DNA of 61,122 nt, filler included, from Platydemus manokwari (Eukaryota), in NCBI GenBank assembly GCA_037951405.1. It is 5 parts of 5 records of this genome, joined end to end, with 100 filler letters (N's around TTAATTAATTAA, not from the genome) between each part and the next. Parts side by side here need not be neighbours in the genome. Positions count along the whole stretch, not along the records: positions 20,485 to 33,645 come from JBBMOY011815834.1; positions 33,746 to 44,468 come from JBBMOY011109886.1; 3 more parts are not named here. The stretch is one strand, 5' to 3'. The notes under the pieces are model-generated. The model saw only the letters and a program-made list of their open reading frames with translations. It was not told the origin of the DNA and ran no database searches. Positions 26,544-40,633 of this stretch are shown here, one piece after another; position 1 is the stretch's first letter; the number at the start of each line of letters is the position of its first letter. The position numbers and the translations under genes are program-made.

Positions 26544-29500
26544 AAATCTCAACATTGAAAATCAAAAATATAAAATATTATAATAAGAGTAATTTATTGA
26601 TATATTTGCAATATATTTTTATTTTCGTACTTGTTTTCACCACCAACTCACTAATTTTGGTGCAAATGTCAATTTTCAAATTATCTCTTGCAATACAACT
26701 CAACAGTAAAATCAATGAAATAGAAAATTTTATTTAATAAAAAAAACATTCTCAGTAAATTGTCTACCACGACAGATAGAATAAATCAATCGATAAATAC
26801 AATGAGTAATAACAATTCAAATAGACCGTTTTGGGAAAAAAGTAAACATACGACAATCAATACATTTCATTCGATATCAAATCATTTTTCTAAAAAAAAT
26901 TTTAAAAAATGGAAAAAAAATAAGTAAAAAATGTTAGCAATTTTTCAATATACAGTTTAAGAGCTATAAAATGCGAAAGAAAACAATTCGAAATCGTTTT
27001 GTCTTCTTATAAAGCCACTTGAAAGTTTGGATGAGTGGTTTGTGGAGAAGACTTCTACGTGAAATCATGAGAAAAGCACAATTGCTCATTCCATTTTTCG
27101 TGTTTCTTGGATTGATAATAAAAGGATTATTTTAACAATCTAACTATAATTTCCAATCAAATATCAGTTATTCATATTTTATCGGGTTGATTAATGCCAG
27201 TAAAATGGATTTCTTTAAGAATCAGCATCACTGATAACCGATCAATAAGTTTTATCATTGAATGTGAAAATGTCTTGAATAAACCGTTAAGACTGTCTAT
27301 TGGTAGTCCTATTTTGAAGTTCGTTTGTAATTCCCTTCTTGATGTATTCGTAAATGCGGCCATCTCGAATACATTGGTTATCAGTTACCACATGACTTGT
27401 AGGCACCATTTTCAATTAGATTTTAGTTTTTAGCTTAGAATATCTGGCTCGAGATTTATTGTGAGATTTTTTAAATATCTTACAAATAATAATATTTTAC
27501 TCGACGTACACGCAGAGCTACTTTTCTAGTTTTTGTTAGTTTATTTTGAATTATTATCTATAATGAAATTCCACAAATTGTCAATTCATATATAGATTAT
27601 CGTTCCTGTTATATGAAGGAATATTTTTGACAACGATTATTGCCTTACTTGGGGGGTTCATATAGAATTAATATTTTTGAAATAATTAGGACATTATCAT
27701 TTGACACAATACTCCTTGCAGATTGTCTAATTCTTGAAATTATGGATACTGCTGAAAAGATTTATGAAAGCATTAAAATACTTTTCATTCGAATTAGCTG
27801 ATAGAATATCAGTGAGGGGATTTTAAAATCAATGAATATTTAAATTATCATTTTAAATAAATAATATATTTACATTAAAATAAACATAAACGATCAAAAT
27901 AATTTATTTGAATATTTTTTATTAAATAAATTTTTTGTTGAACTTCTCTAATCGTTTGAAATATGGATTGAATGAAATAGTATCTTTTAATAGTGAACAT
28001 CAATTAAAATTTCCATTTAATCGAAATTTGATATGCCATATTTATCTTTTTTATCTCGAATTTACTTATTATAACATTTATGGTTTTCAATTCTGATATT
28101 GATTATTCGATTTAATTATATTTAATCTATCTCATTTTATTTAAATAATTATATAGATTGGATTTCATTGAACATTAACTACGAATTTTAAAATGAAATA
28201 CATTACAAGAAACAATATACCGAAAAAATTCTGATTTCGTCATGTTCGTCTGATATATACAACACCTGAGTCGTTGGAATTGAAAATTGTGAAATTTCCT
28301 GTCTCCTGAACGGTGTCGCATCATATTGGATTTCTCATCTAACAATCACGATGGTTGAATATCACGGCTAGATTCAACAACAATAATATGTTTAATGCAA
28401 TAATAGAGACAAATAAAAGAAAATTTTCTCATTTTATTTTCCTAACCAAACAAATCAAATTCTCGATGAATTAAAGTGACTATGAAAATCTTTGATTTCA
28501 ATGAAACTCTTTTAATTGAAAAAGATCTTTCAGATTTGATTAAAATAAAACTTTGTAATGACTTGATGACAAATGGGAAATTTAATTGAATTTTCTGAAC
28601 AAGATGTAATTAGGCATTTGATCAAGGATCTAACCATAGACAACTATTGTTGGTACAACTAATACGACTATTATAATATTATTAAGGTGAAGTATATATA
28701 TATATGCTGTTTAAAAACTATCGATTAATAATGGTGAATGTAAATGAAACTACCGAGAATTCCCAATCACCAATTAGTGAATGATCAAAATGTCTATTTA
28801 GGATACCATTCGGTACCAAACACTTTTTATCTTCTCACGTGAAATTATTCTAAACTTTTTATTTAGTGTTATTATAATATCCCATTAATCTTTTACGATC
28901 TTAAGTGGCCTTTAATTTTATCCACTTCGGAAAGCCAGACGATGTTTTGAATACAAGTTCTTTAAATCTCTATTGTGGAGAAACAATTAAAAATTCTAAA
29001 TATATAAATATTGAAAAATACGAATAAAAACTAAAATTCAAAATAATATAAATGTATTCAAAAAAAATATTTAAAGGTTTAAATGTTGAGTGATATTTTA
29101 CACTCGTGTAATCAGTAGGATTCACCAAATAACATAGATATAATTAAGCTTGATTCACAACTAGTACTCGTACTACTCAAAACGTTACCACTATGTGTAA
29201 AGTTTTCTGGTTATGCTTCTTCTCTAACTATCTAACTCTGCTGTGATTGGCTGATTGACATGACTGTATGGTTGTGAAGGCATGCGAATGTTCAAAGTGC
29301 TAAAAAATGGTTCCTAGATTTCATCTTACACAATACAGACATGATAACCAACCAATCAGAGAAGACATAATTTAAAGATTTATATTTCCACAAATTGAAT
29401 CTTTATCGAATTAATTTCTAAGTTAAGTGGGATTGGTCTATTTAATATTTTGTATTATTTGATGTCGTTTCACCCAACAGATGTCGTTTCACCCTATCAC

Positions 29501-29694
29501 ACTAACAACCTAACAAAAAATCAATAGAAAAGAATATGAATTATATCACAGATCCATTGGAACTAATCTAAGAACAAACATTAAAAAATCAATAAAATTT
29601 ATTCTTAATTATTTTATCACAAATATCATTGCTTAATTAAAAACATAAATCACATTAAAAATATTTTGTAATTTATTCATTTTGTTGACGATTT

Positions 29695-31155
29695 TCAATA
29701 ATCTTCACTGAAACAATGTTGTAGTTTCCTTATCGATCGGTATATTTCGGTGCAATGTTTATTATCTTCATTGATATCTGTATTGAATGATAATATTTTA
29801 CACGAGAACTTTCGATAATTTCCATGAAATCTTGTCACAACTATATGAGACGAATCATCTTGGTTTTCTCTGGTAGCTAATCTTTCGTAAGAAGTCAGAA
29901 TCGATTTGCAGTCAATGAAAACATTATTGATTCTATTAATAGACTGCATCACTGCACCGATAAACCTAACAACAGATGGATTTTTCAAATTCGTTTTCAT
30001 TTTTCGGAGAAAATAATCGAATTTCTCTGTTTCCAATATGTAAATATCATGTTCATATTTGTACTTGTTGGATTTATATTCGTTTTCAATATCATTTAAT
30101 GTCTCATCACAGTCACCTAAATCCCCTATTGGGTTCTTACTAAAATTTGGAAAATGATTCTGAATCTGTAAAATCCGTTCAATTGCAGTCTCGAAACCGT
30201 TTGCCATGAGTTTATTGAACATAGTTGTTGCAATTCTCTGATAATCACGAGATAAATATGTTGATACCAATTCGGAATTGTCAGACATTTTTAAATTGGA
30301 CAGTTCTTCCATGTGAAATGGACAGCTGCCATGCATTATCAGAAATGTATCAATGCAGTCTAAGCAAATTTTATGTTCACACTGTGAAAAGCTAGAGGAA
30401 ATTCTACCATCGATCAATGAACAACATATCAAGCATTTCTCAATCTCAATATGATTAAAATCTGGTCTTGCTAATCGATAAATATCATAATTATTAGTCA
30501 AAAATGAGATAGCCAATCCGGTAAAAAATGCTAATTTGTTCTTGACGTAATCGAATAATTTCTCTCTGTTTCTGTAATCGCCCTTATTAAATACGACACG
30601 GTATAATTTGCGTTCCTTTGATGAAGAAATCTCCGTGAACAATATGAAATCATTGGAAATATTGTTCAAAAATGGTTTCGTTTCATTCGGTTGATAGTTG
30701 GAAATGCGACTTTTGAAATCACGTAAATGCATTGTGATTTTGATCGAAATTAAGCTGGAAAAGTTTTTAATTTTAAAGTCTAAGATTTTAGCGAAATTAT
30801 TCATATCTGAACAAGAATTTGTGGTTTGCACTTTTTGGCTATATGTAGTCAGATTATCAATGAGTAGGTTTACGATTTCGATCTGGGATCCAATAAGCTT
30901 AGACCAGTATTTTTCAATGACCGCTTTTTCTATTCCGTTATTATAATAGTAATCCAAAATAAATTGTTGGGTTGTTATCGATTTATTTTCATAGTAAATG
31001 TTTTCTATTGGTTTCATATCAATCGGGCAGCAGACTTTATCAGTTAGTATTGAATTCGTACAATCTTTGCAGAATTTATGATCACATTGATATATTAAAC
31101 AATCTTTTATAGTTAATTCTTCATAACAAACACAACATGAAATATTGTTATCCAT
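29695..31155 (-). CDS. Single-exon protein with two RING fingers, putative E3 ubiquitin ligase (486 aa)
   Basis: RING1 CCVC-x13-CDHKFCKDC-x10-CPID at the N-terminus and RING2 CLIC..CEHKICLDC..CPFH in mid-protein. The ORF is uninterrupted. Confidence 0.88.
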   Translation of the reverse strand: MDNNISCCVCYEELTIKDCLIYQCDHKFCKDCTNSILTDKVCCPIDMKPIENIYYENKSITTQQFILDYYYNNGIEKAVIEKYWSKLIGSQIEIVNLLIDNLTTYSQKVQTTNSCSDMNNFAKILDFKIKNFSSLISIKITMHLRDFKSRISNYQPNETKPFLNNISNDFILFTEISSSKERKLYRVVFNKGDYRNREKLFDYVKNKLAFFTGLAISFLTNNYDIYRLARPDFNHIEIEKCLICCSLIDGRISSSFSQCEHKICLDCIDTFLIMHGSCPFHMEELSNLKMSDNSELVSTYLSRDYQRIATTMFNKLMANGFETAIERILQIQNHFPNFSKNPIGDLGDCDETLNDIENEYKSNKYKYEHDIYILETEKFDYFLRKMKTNLKNPSVVRFIGAVMQSINRINNVFIDCKSILTSYERLATRENQDDSSHIVVTRFHGNYRKFSCKILSFNTDINEDNKHCTEIYRSIRKLQHCFSEDY

Positions 31156-32229
31156 TTTGAAATTATATTTAAATTATTTATTTAATATTAATTAAACAAT
31201 TTTTTGTAAGTTTAAATTTATTTTATTATAAAAATGTGTTTATTATGTCAAAATTATTTAATTAAAATTCATTTTTAAAAATATTCCGTAAAATTAATTA
31301 AAAATTTTCGGAAATTTTAAATTTTTTAATTTAAAATCTTGAAATATATTTTTAAAACAAACCTAAATCTTATATATTAATTTTAATTTACATTTAATCA
31401 AAGAAACATTATTATTCGAATAAATCATCACTTCTAATTAAAATATCGATATATGTTCAACAACAAAAGAAATTAAATTTTAATTTAATTTAATTTAATT
31501 AAAAGAATATAATCTATATTGAAAGTTTCATATTCAATTTTTAACTACATTGTGAAATGTAAAATACTTTTTTTCTAAATTTTTAAAATTAACAGAAAAT
31601 TTATAAATCAATAGATTAATTTTAAATTTACGTACTGTTTTAATTATTTTGAAAATAATGTGTTAAAACTGATTCATATGAACTTTAGAATAGCAATGGT
31701 AAACAGTTAAAATTATTATTTAAATTAAATTAATTTAATATATGCTATATAATATTAAAATGAATAATTGTCGAACCTATGAATATCATTATGGTTTAAA
31801 TTAAAACTCCCTATTTATTTTTATAATAGAAAATTAATTTTCCTGTATAATCCCAAGCTTTAAATGATTATCTAATAACGTAACACGATATTCCCAGAAC
31901 CAGAGACATTAAAATATAATAATGTGAGAGACAATATTATATTTAATACTTTATAAGATTAATGCAAAAGTAAGCGACGGCATTTTTGAAATATTTCATT
32001 TTTATTTATAGACATTACGGATTATTTTAAAATTAATTGAAGAGGTTGATTGTGCCATTCACCCATCAAAGTTTGAGAGCAATAATCTGAAATCACTGAT
32101 CGAAATTAATAACTATCCCTTTATAATTTATTGGAAGAATGCATTTTTAATGATAACTTTATAAGAATAAGAATACGATATGAAAACATCTGCATTTTAT
32201 GAATAGAAATTTAATTAAAACAAGATCCA

Positions 32230-33645
32230 TTAGGCACTGACTCTGAGCTATTCGACACGGATAATGAGGACGAGAACATTGTGAACACGCGTCGGAGACG
32301 AAAAAGAATGATATTGTTCCCCAGTTCCGAAGATGAATGTGAAGAAAACGATCAGAATATTGACACTTCAGTTGATGGAACTGTTTTTCAAAAAATTCAC
32401 TAAGGTTCAGGACTTGGATGATCTCCGCTTCATGCAATTTTCAGAGAAATATTAAGACCAACGGGATATGCGAAGCGCAATATTATGAAGGACAAAGTAA
32501 GGAGTGTATTTTCGTTGATACTTAACCATGGAATTATGAATCATATGAAAATGTGCACAGAATCAAAAGCACGTCGAGTTTTAGGATCCGAATGGAGTGT
32601 AACTTTAGAAGAGTTAGATGCTCTCATTGCAATTTTATAAGCACGTGGTGCATATGAAACTAGAAACTTGAACGTTTCATATTTATGGAATAAGAAATGG
32701 GGTCCTGCATTTTTTTCACGAACAATGAACAGAAATCATTTCACAGAAATTATGCGATTTATTTGTTTTGATAGAAGAAGCGAGTGGAGCCAGCGCCTAC
32801 ACACTGACAAATTTGCTCTCATCTCCAAGGTATGGGCATTTATAGAAAATAGTCAAAACTGCTACAAACCAGGTGCAAATATTACTGCTGATGAAAAATC
32901 AAGATGCCGATTTACGCAATATTTGCCCAATAAGACCGATTAGTTTGAAATCAAGTTCTTGTTGGCATCGGACATTGAAAGTAAATATATTGGGAATGGA
33001 TTTCTGTATTCTAACAATTTACAAAACTAAACCGAACAAAAAGTTTTCCTTACTAAGTTCGAAGCATAAATATGTAAAAATTGAAGAAACAGGTAAATGT
33101 ATACCTGAAACGATTGCTTTTTATAATAACACCAAATTTGTCGTGGATATGACGGATCAAATGGCTAGAAAGTACAGCACAAAATCTAAATATAATAGAT
33201 GGCCTGTCCAGGTATTTTTCAACATTCTGGATTTAGCTGCTATAAATGCTTGAATTTTATATAAGTAAACAATTGGAGAAAGGATATCGCGACAAGAGTT
33301 TTTATTTCATTAGGCAGAGGAACTTGCCACCAAAAACGCGATATACATGAACAAGAAAAAATGGAAAGTATAGCGAAAACTTCAGCATATTCCACTACAA
33401 TTTCTGAAAGACGAAAAACGTATCAAATTAGATATTGCAAAAAAATAAAACCATAAACATTTGTTTTACATGTAAAAAATATGTTTGTGGAAAATATTTA
33501 CGAGAGACCCGTCATCTGTAAAAAGTGCGACAACGAATAAATTTTATTTTAGTTTGAATAAGGATATGCAGTTATAGACTGAAGTAACATAATTTTTCAG
33601 TTTCGAGCCTTCTTTCTAAAAATGTAGTCCTAAAGACCGAATAAT
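32230..33645 (+). mobile_element. Decayed piggyBac transposon (PGBD-type transposase pseudogene)
   Basis: MNRNHFTEIMRFICFD, ITADE, QYLPNKTD, FYNNTKFVVDMTDQM, RWPVQVFFNILDLAAINA and a C-terminal Cys-rich tail (CKKYVCGK, CKKC). It has multiple stops and deletions, and the right end runs into a gap. Confidence 0.9.
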
Positions 33646-33745
33646 NNNNNNNNNNNNNNNNNNNNNNNNNNNNNNNNNNNNNNNNNNNNTTAATTAATTA
33701 ANNNNNNNNNNNNNNNNNNNNNNNNNNNNNNNNNNNNNNNNNNNN

Positions 33746-33870
33746 ACCAAGTTCCTATTCTAATCACAACACTTCTATATGATTATTTGAGTTTTTAAAT
33801 TTAAATTTTTATAATTATAAACGAGTTAGTTAATTACAGAAATGTTTAATAATATCATTGGTTATTTTTA
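33746..33870 (+). mobile_element. MITE family A fragment
   Basis: ccaagttcctattctaatcacaacacttctatatgattatttga matches the interior of 12391-12956. Confidence 0.75.
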
Positions 33871-35934
33871 TCAATTTTGTTACTAAAATATCAAAATAAG
33901 GTCAAGGATTTTTCCGAAGTTGTGAACCTTATAAATTTAAATCTCAATAAGTTATTGTGTAATCAAAACACCTTGCTTTTTGATTTTATTAATAATTTAA
34001 CTCCTTAGGTTCTGTAAAAATCAAATTTAGGCATTTACAAAACCTTGACAAATCAATAAAATTTTTATCATTCCGGAGCAGATTTGGACCAGATATTTGA
34101 TGGGTGCGAAATCATCACTTTGATTTCACTATGATCAATAAACTAACATATAAGGTTTGGGAAGAATGCTGAATTCACTTTCAGATCACCATTTATCTGA
34201 TTGGTCGGTTGGTGCCATAAGTGAGGTTTGTATGTTGAGAAAAGTCAATCAACCAATCAATAATATTATTCATTTCACAAACACAGATCACAGTAACATT
34301 GCACTCCAGTGACTGCCAAACGGTATAAAAATTTGAAGCCACATTTCCTTCGCACGAAGAAAAATTTCCGCAACTCATTGTATCGAATAAATTTTTTTGG
34401 TGTTTGAAAAAATACGAATTTTCGTAGGTTTGATTATGAATTATTTATTGTGAGCAGTAACTCTTGCCAAGACCATAAGCTGAATTGAAGCCACTCCAAC
34501 ATTTCTCATAGGTCAAAAACTCAAATTCAATAACAAAATCAAACGAATGTTGACAATTATTTTTAATAAGTTCCTGAAGTGAAGTGATTAACAAACGGTC
34601 AGTAACAATTTATACATTGACCTTTATTAAAATCGATTATATTATTCTATCACGCAAACCTGTATAGCACTGGGGTTGGAAAAACTATGTATGCCTATTG
34701 TAGTTGGTAATAAAAGGAATTTCTAGTAAAAAACAAAAAAACCAATTTCAGTGTAAGAGTAATTGTGTTGTAACAACTTTTTTATCATCATTGGTGATTA
34801 AAGAGACTTTGTTGAGCTCACATTTGAATTTAAAGCACTTGTATTATCGTAACTGTAAATAAAAGTATTAAATCTTTTGAAAAGATAACTAATCTTACGA
34901 CTTCGATTATATACAGCAATGTAACTCGATCTTAAAATACTAAAGTATCGAAAAGTCATAAATATCAATATTGTATCTCACTGCAATTTAATAAAGGGAT
35001 TTTGACATGTATCTAAAAAATTATTAGTCGGTGCTAAGTAAAAATAAGTCTCCTGAGATGTGAAACAGGGTTAGGATGATACATAAAACATAATTTCCGA
35101 TATAAATAATAATAAAAAATGAGAACACTGAAGGTGTATGCTTTAATTATCAATTGAGTCATTGTATCTCAGCACAAGGATCAATTTTGTATTAATAGGT
35201 CGAAATAATAATAGGGGGATTTATTTTAGGGTTAATCTTTTATAAAGATTAGGAACCTTCGACTAAGAAATTATGTAAGACAAATCGATTATAATTAGAA
35301 TCACCTCAGGAATCAATTAAGCCAACAATTCTGTTTAATCAGTACATTAAACTACGTCATTGAAGAGTTCTGTTTAGCTTTCAACAGGAAATAATTTATA
35401 TTGGTTGATGTATTTAAAATCAAAGAACACCAGAAGAATGTCGATTTATTTTTGTAATTGTTATCGATTATTTTTGGGTGTTTATTATCTAATATATTGC
35501 TCTCAATATATATCATCTTAAAAATGGATAATATCGAGAAATAATCTGTGAACGACAAGTTTTCTGGAATAGTTTAATTATACCTTATCACAAACTTTGC
35601 ATTTTCATAAGGCGATTTTTTATTCACTGCAGTCAGAAGAATATTTCCTGTCTATCTCTTTAAGGAAGATCTAAAATGACAAAAGAATAAAAGAAGTGGT
35701 CTTCTCAGTTTTCGATTTATTTTTTTTGAAAGTAGACTTTTTGAAATTTTACGATAATAAAATTGATTCTAATAAAATTGAAACTCGTTGAATACATAAT
35801 TTATGAAATCGATCAACGGCACATATTATCAATAGAAACATTTGGGTGGATTTCAATGAAAGGATATTCATTTTATTTTAATATACATGAAATATATATT
35901 GTTCAATATTTCGAAATGGGAAGCATTTTCCACT

Positions 35935-36138
35935 TTAGCCCAATCTCATGAGCTTGACCGCACGTTTCGCTGGAACAAATCGCTTTCCCAGTCGCATAAG
36001 TCGAACGGCTCTCTTTTCCCATGGGGATAAACTGTACTGCTCTAAATCATTGGCGTAATCTGAGCTGTCTTCGTCGTAGTTATTGGTTTCGGATTGGATT
36101 CCACAAACCATATAGATAAACACTAAAACCCAATACAT
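35935..36138 (-). CDS. mpl: Myomodulin-like neuropeptide prohormone (flatworm mpl / npp-6 type) yielding AVRLMRLamide and AVKLMRLamide
   Basis: Signal peptide MYWVLVFIYMVCGIQS, an acidic spacer, then KR-AVRLMRL-G-KR and KR-AVKLMRL-G-stop. LMRLamide is the myomodulin-family C-terminus. The paralogue number was not assigned. Confidence 0.9.
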   Translation of the reverse strand: MYWVLVFIYMVCGIQSETNNYDEDSSDYANDLEQYSLSPWEKRAVRLMRLGKRFVPAKRAVKLMRLG

Positions 36139-39100
36139 ATATTACTTACAGTTAAATATATATAAAGCTACTTTTTTAACGAATCATACTAACCTCGAAA
36201 TTATTTCACCTAAGCATATCATAAACTGGAAATACAAAGAGTTCCCATGATAGAATAAAACATAATATTTTTTTGAACAACACAGAAAAAGGATTAAATT
36301 CCGGTTTCCTTTATTATTTTACATTGCTATTCGGTTTCTATTATCGATTAGCTGCATTAGAATTTTTCTTTTGTGTTTTCCCACGTATTTATTTTGTGTC
36401 ACAATCAATGGAGAAGAATAATACATATATTTTCCATTCGGGGTAGATTTAGGAGAAATTATATTTTTAATACAGCCTTAAGAAAATGCCCCAATCCCAC
36501 TCTTCTACCTTGAATAACCAAAGGAAAATACTATTACAAAACGATACAGAAATGATTTAAAAATACAAGTGGTGAAGTATTTCATACTTTATTAATATTT
36601 AAAACTCCTGAACTAATTCGGAGCTAAAATTAAGAATTATAGAATACTTTTCATTTATTCAATTTCTTTTATGAATATAAACTTAAGAAAGGCATTATAA
36701 AATTATATTTATAGTTGATAATGATAATATAATTAGTTATATACTCTCCAGTAATATAAGAGGATTTTTTATATTATTTTGCAGATCATTTATTCTATTT
36801 CATTTATCTATTCCGTGAATATTGTTTATCTAAGCTGACATCTTAAACAGTAAATAATTTATATCCCACATTATATGTATGACTTATTTCCTATTTCCTA
36901 TCAACCTATCATAGGTGGATATCTCGTTTATTAAAATCAACTTCATATCGAGATAGATCGATTAAATATATCGTTAAAATTAATCGATAGATCAATAATA
37001 AAATAAAATACAATTTATGATATTCAAAAAGAAAGTTTACCTAAGAAAATGAACAACTGAAGCTTCTTTGGAATCATTTTATTTGTTCGTCTATTCTGAA
37101 AAAATGAGATTTTATAACACTTCATCGGATTGCAATTGGACGGAACAAAACAAATGCTAGTATAGCAATGTCAAATAGCATTTTGATATTTTCTTAAGTG
37201 GTTAAACGTCAATGACGAGCCTTTCTGATAGGAATAACAATGAAAACTGTGACATTTGTATAGATCCACTTCCTCTGTGAACTGTGATCGAAGAAGGCAA
37301 TCCATAATTATATTATGGCAGACGATGGAGCTTTTCTCCAGACAGAGGAAATTTGAATTCAATTCATCATTATTTTTTGTCGATTCCCATTAAAATAGAT
37401 CTGCTGTGAATTTTCATTGTGATCTCGTGGGGTTATGAGTTATCTTTAACAATTCAATCAACAGCCTATGGTTTTAATTTATTCTTCGGTTTCAAGTCGA
37501 AGTGATATTGGTAAAGGGGAAATCTTGTATTGTTCGCTTGAGACAATTTTATTTCTGTAATTTAATATAATTTTGATTAATTTGAAATGCAAGCCTGAAT
37601 GATTCGTGATTTTGTTCGTCAAAATATTTTCATGAATGACCTTTCAAATTGGGAGAGTACAGAATAAACAATAAGTTCATACATAAGATATATGTGGGTT
37701 GGATATTTCTATCGATCATTTACTAGTATATTATTATTATTATTATTATTATTATTCAATAACTGAATTATAATATTCTTATTTATTATTAAATATGGGC
37801 TGGTGAGGGGTCCACTATTGCAAGGATCAGATATATGTTTATTCTGATAAAATCTATAGCAATAAATATTAATCCTAATGTATAGATATCTTATTTTGTT
37901 GTTTTATTTTATCTTACAAAATATTGGAACGATTTTTGCCTATAAAATGGTTTAGGATTAGATCGCTTCATTAAAACAAAAATAATAATGTTGTATATTA
38001 ATGTCTTTGAATTGATGTATTGGATTAAAATGAAGTGAATAATTCTTCATTTATTCTTCTGATATTGTCTTGATGTGAATATCTATTTCATTCGATATAA
38101 TCTCACTGGGATCTGGATAACAATTCAGCCTTTATTATCAGTCGACAGTAGAACGTTATATTTTAAGCAAAAGATTTTTATCGTTATAGGGCAATAAATA
38201 GAATTTTATAAATTTAAAATAAAAGCCTGCTTAAATGTCGGTTTGTAGATGAATTTCTGTCCCATCTTATCCATATCGAACCTTTGCCGATATTGATTGC
38301 AATAAACATTTTCATTCATCAAATGCAAAGGTGATTTTCATCAAAAAGTTGGCTACAATAATCACCGAAATGAAATCAATTAATTAAAACAAAAAAAGAT
38401 TGACTTGAGTTTTCAATCTTTCAACAACTGTTATAAATGTCACCACTCCACTTTGGATCCATCACAACATTATCGTGAATTATTTCATTTTATCTTTTAT
38501 ATTCTCCTGGTTTCCAAAAATTAATAATAAAAATGTGATTTAGATTCTTATGTTTATGAAACCGCGCTATGAAATCAATATGAGTCGAAAGGTCATTTCA
38601 ATCATTATAAGCGTTTTGTTTAAATAAATATGATTGAATGAAAGTGTCAGAACTCGTCACAGATTTTTAATTCTACACACATTGATATGTGTGAATCATT
38701 TATATTATTCTATTGTTAGAAAATAAATTGATAACATTAAATCGCACCGCACAAAGTGCATAGAAATCGATAAAGAACGATTATTAATAAATTATTAAAA
38801 AATGATAATTGTAATAATAATTATAATTTTAATAATAATAATAATTTTAATGATAATGACAATTATAATTATAATGTTTAAAATAATAGTAATAAAATTA
38901 AAAACAAAGTTTATCGATTTTTCCAATCGTGGTGAAGTCCATTCTAGAAATGAAATGAAGGAGAAATGATAAAGTTTCCTTACTTAATCAATAATATTAG
39001 TGAATCTCACGTTATCAAATAAAAAGTATTCATCTTGGAAGACCTTTTAGTCGGTAGAATCTAATTCGTACAGAGATCATATCGTCGTTTTGACTAATAA

Positions 39101-40633
39101 ATACTTGGGGCTTGACACTTTGTAGGTATCTGACAGTGTACATTATTATTATAAAAATATAATTCTTAAACTAAGAACCGACTCCATCCGTGTGAACCAA
39201 ATTACTAAAATGAGTCAGACCTAATGTATCAGCCGAGTTTGGTGTAAACTCAAAATTAAAAATAATAATAATATTGGCAATGATAAATATTTGTGAGCAG
39301 ATAATGATGACTCGTTATTTAATGTTTGATATGATGATCTTATAATTTAATAAATAATTCACTCAATATTTAATATTTTAAATCGATTTGATGGAAAAAT
39401 CAATGGTACGAGAGATGTAAGGAAAATCTCAAGTAAATCGATCCACGAAAAAATTCAGCAAATGGAAAAAGAAGATTCTCGACATCAAGCAGACACCCCC
39501 GCAGGGTCTATAGAAGAGGTTTAACTCCTTGGACTTCTGCCAGTCCTTTTTGGTCGATAACTCCAGGGCTTAGCTTATGTGTGATTTTAGTAATCAGTCT
39601 TTTTGATTACTTTTAATTCTGTTTTTGAAAGTCTGGCACTGATCCCGTCTTGAATGATTTTCTTTGTGAATTGCGTAATATTTTAGTAAATACAAATTTT
39701 CAGATCTAAATTGTTGATTGATAACCAGACAGTATTAATAAGTGATGAAAAAATTTAAACATCAAAAAAATATTTCTTCATTCAGTGACAAGTCCTAAAA
39801 CAAAAGTCCTCATTAACTTTTGTTGGGAATATAGAAGAATATGGATACAATATACAGTCATTAAAATACGATAATATACAGCCCTCACATCCCAGCTCGC
39901 ACATCCCAGCCCACACATTACTAATTTCCATAAATTCAAAATTAATAAATCACATCGCCTTTGAGGTATTAAATCACCATGGTAAATATTAAGGATTAAA
40001 AGAATGGTCATGACTACGGCATAAAAAACTACCACACATGCACACGGGGAAAATTATTATATATAAACAAAGGCCAATAATGAAAAAGGGCCAAAAAAAT
40101 TCTAACAAACGCACAGTTTGCTTCGATTCACAAACCAATTGAAATTATTATCGCTTATCGGAAAATTGCGTTCATTCATTATCGACATTCACCTCGGAAT
40201 TTTAAGCAAGTCATCAACTGTGATTCGATTCGGCTTGTCATAGATATCGCTCAGAGGAACTCCATTGCGAACTCTCAGAAGGAAACTTATCGAACTCGTA
40301 CCGATGTATGATGTACGTGGTAAATTTAATTATTGTTCATCAGCGCTAAATATGAAGTCGCAAGAGTTTGTACGCAGTGCCTTCACGTAAACTTAATCGT
40401 TATTTCCATTAATACTGAGGCATAAAGGAAAAAGCATTTGTATTCCAGTGCCGTTATTCTGCAAAGCCGCAAGGGTTTGTGACACTTAAATTCAAAGTAA
40501 TTAAAATTAAATCTTCGTTAGTTTTTCGTCCGAAGTAAGGCGGCACTTAGTTCCTTACGTTGGTTTGTTTCAAAAACTCGTCAGGGTATAACACTTCCTT
40601 CTGTTAATTATATCTCATCACACATTCGTTGAT

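Noticed and set aside
39400-40600. Relatively GC-rich stretch with short ORFs
   Set aside because: Probably decayed TE sequence, but I found no diagnostic motif to support a call.
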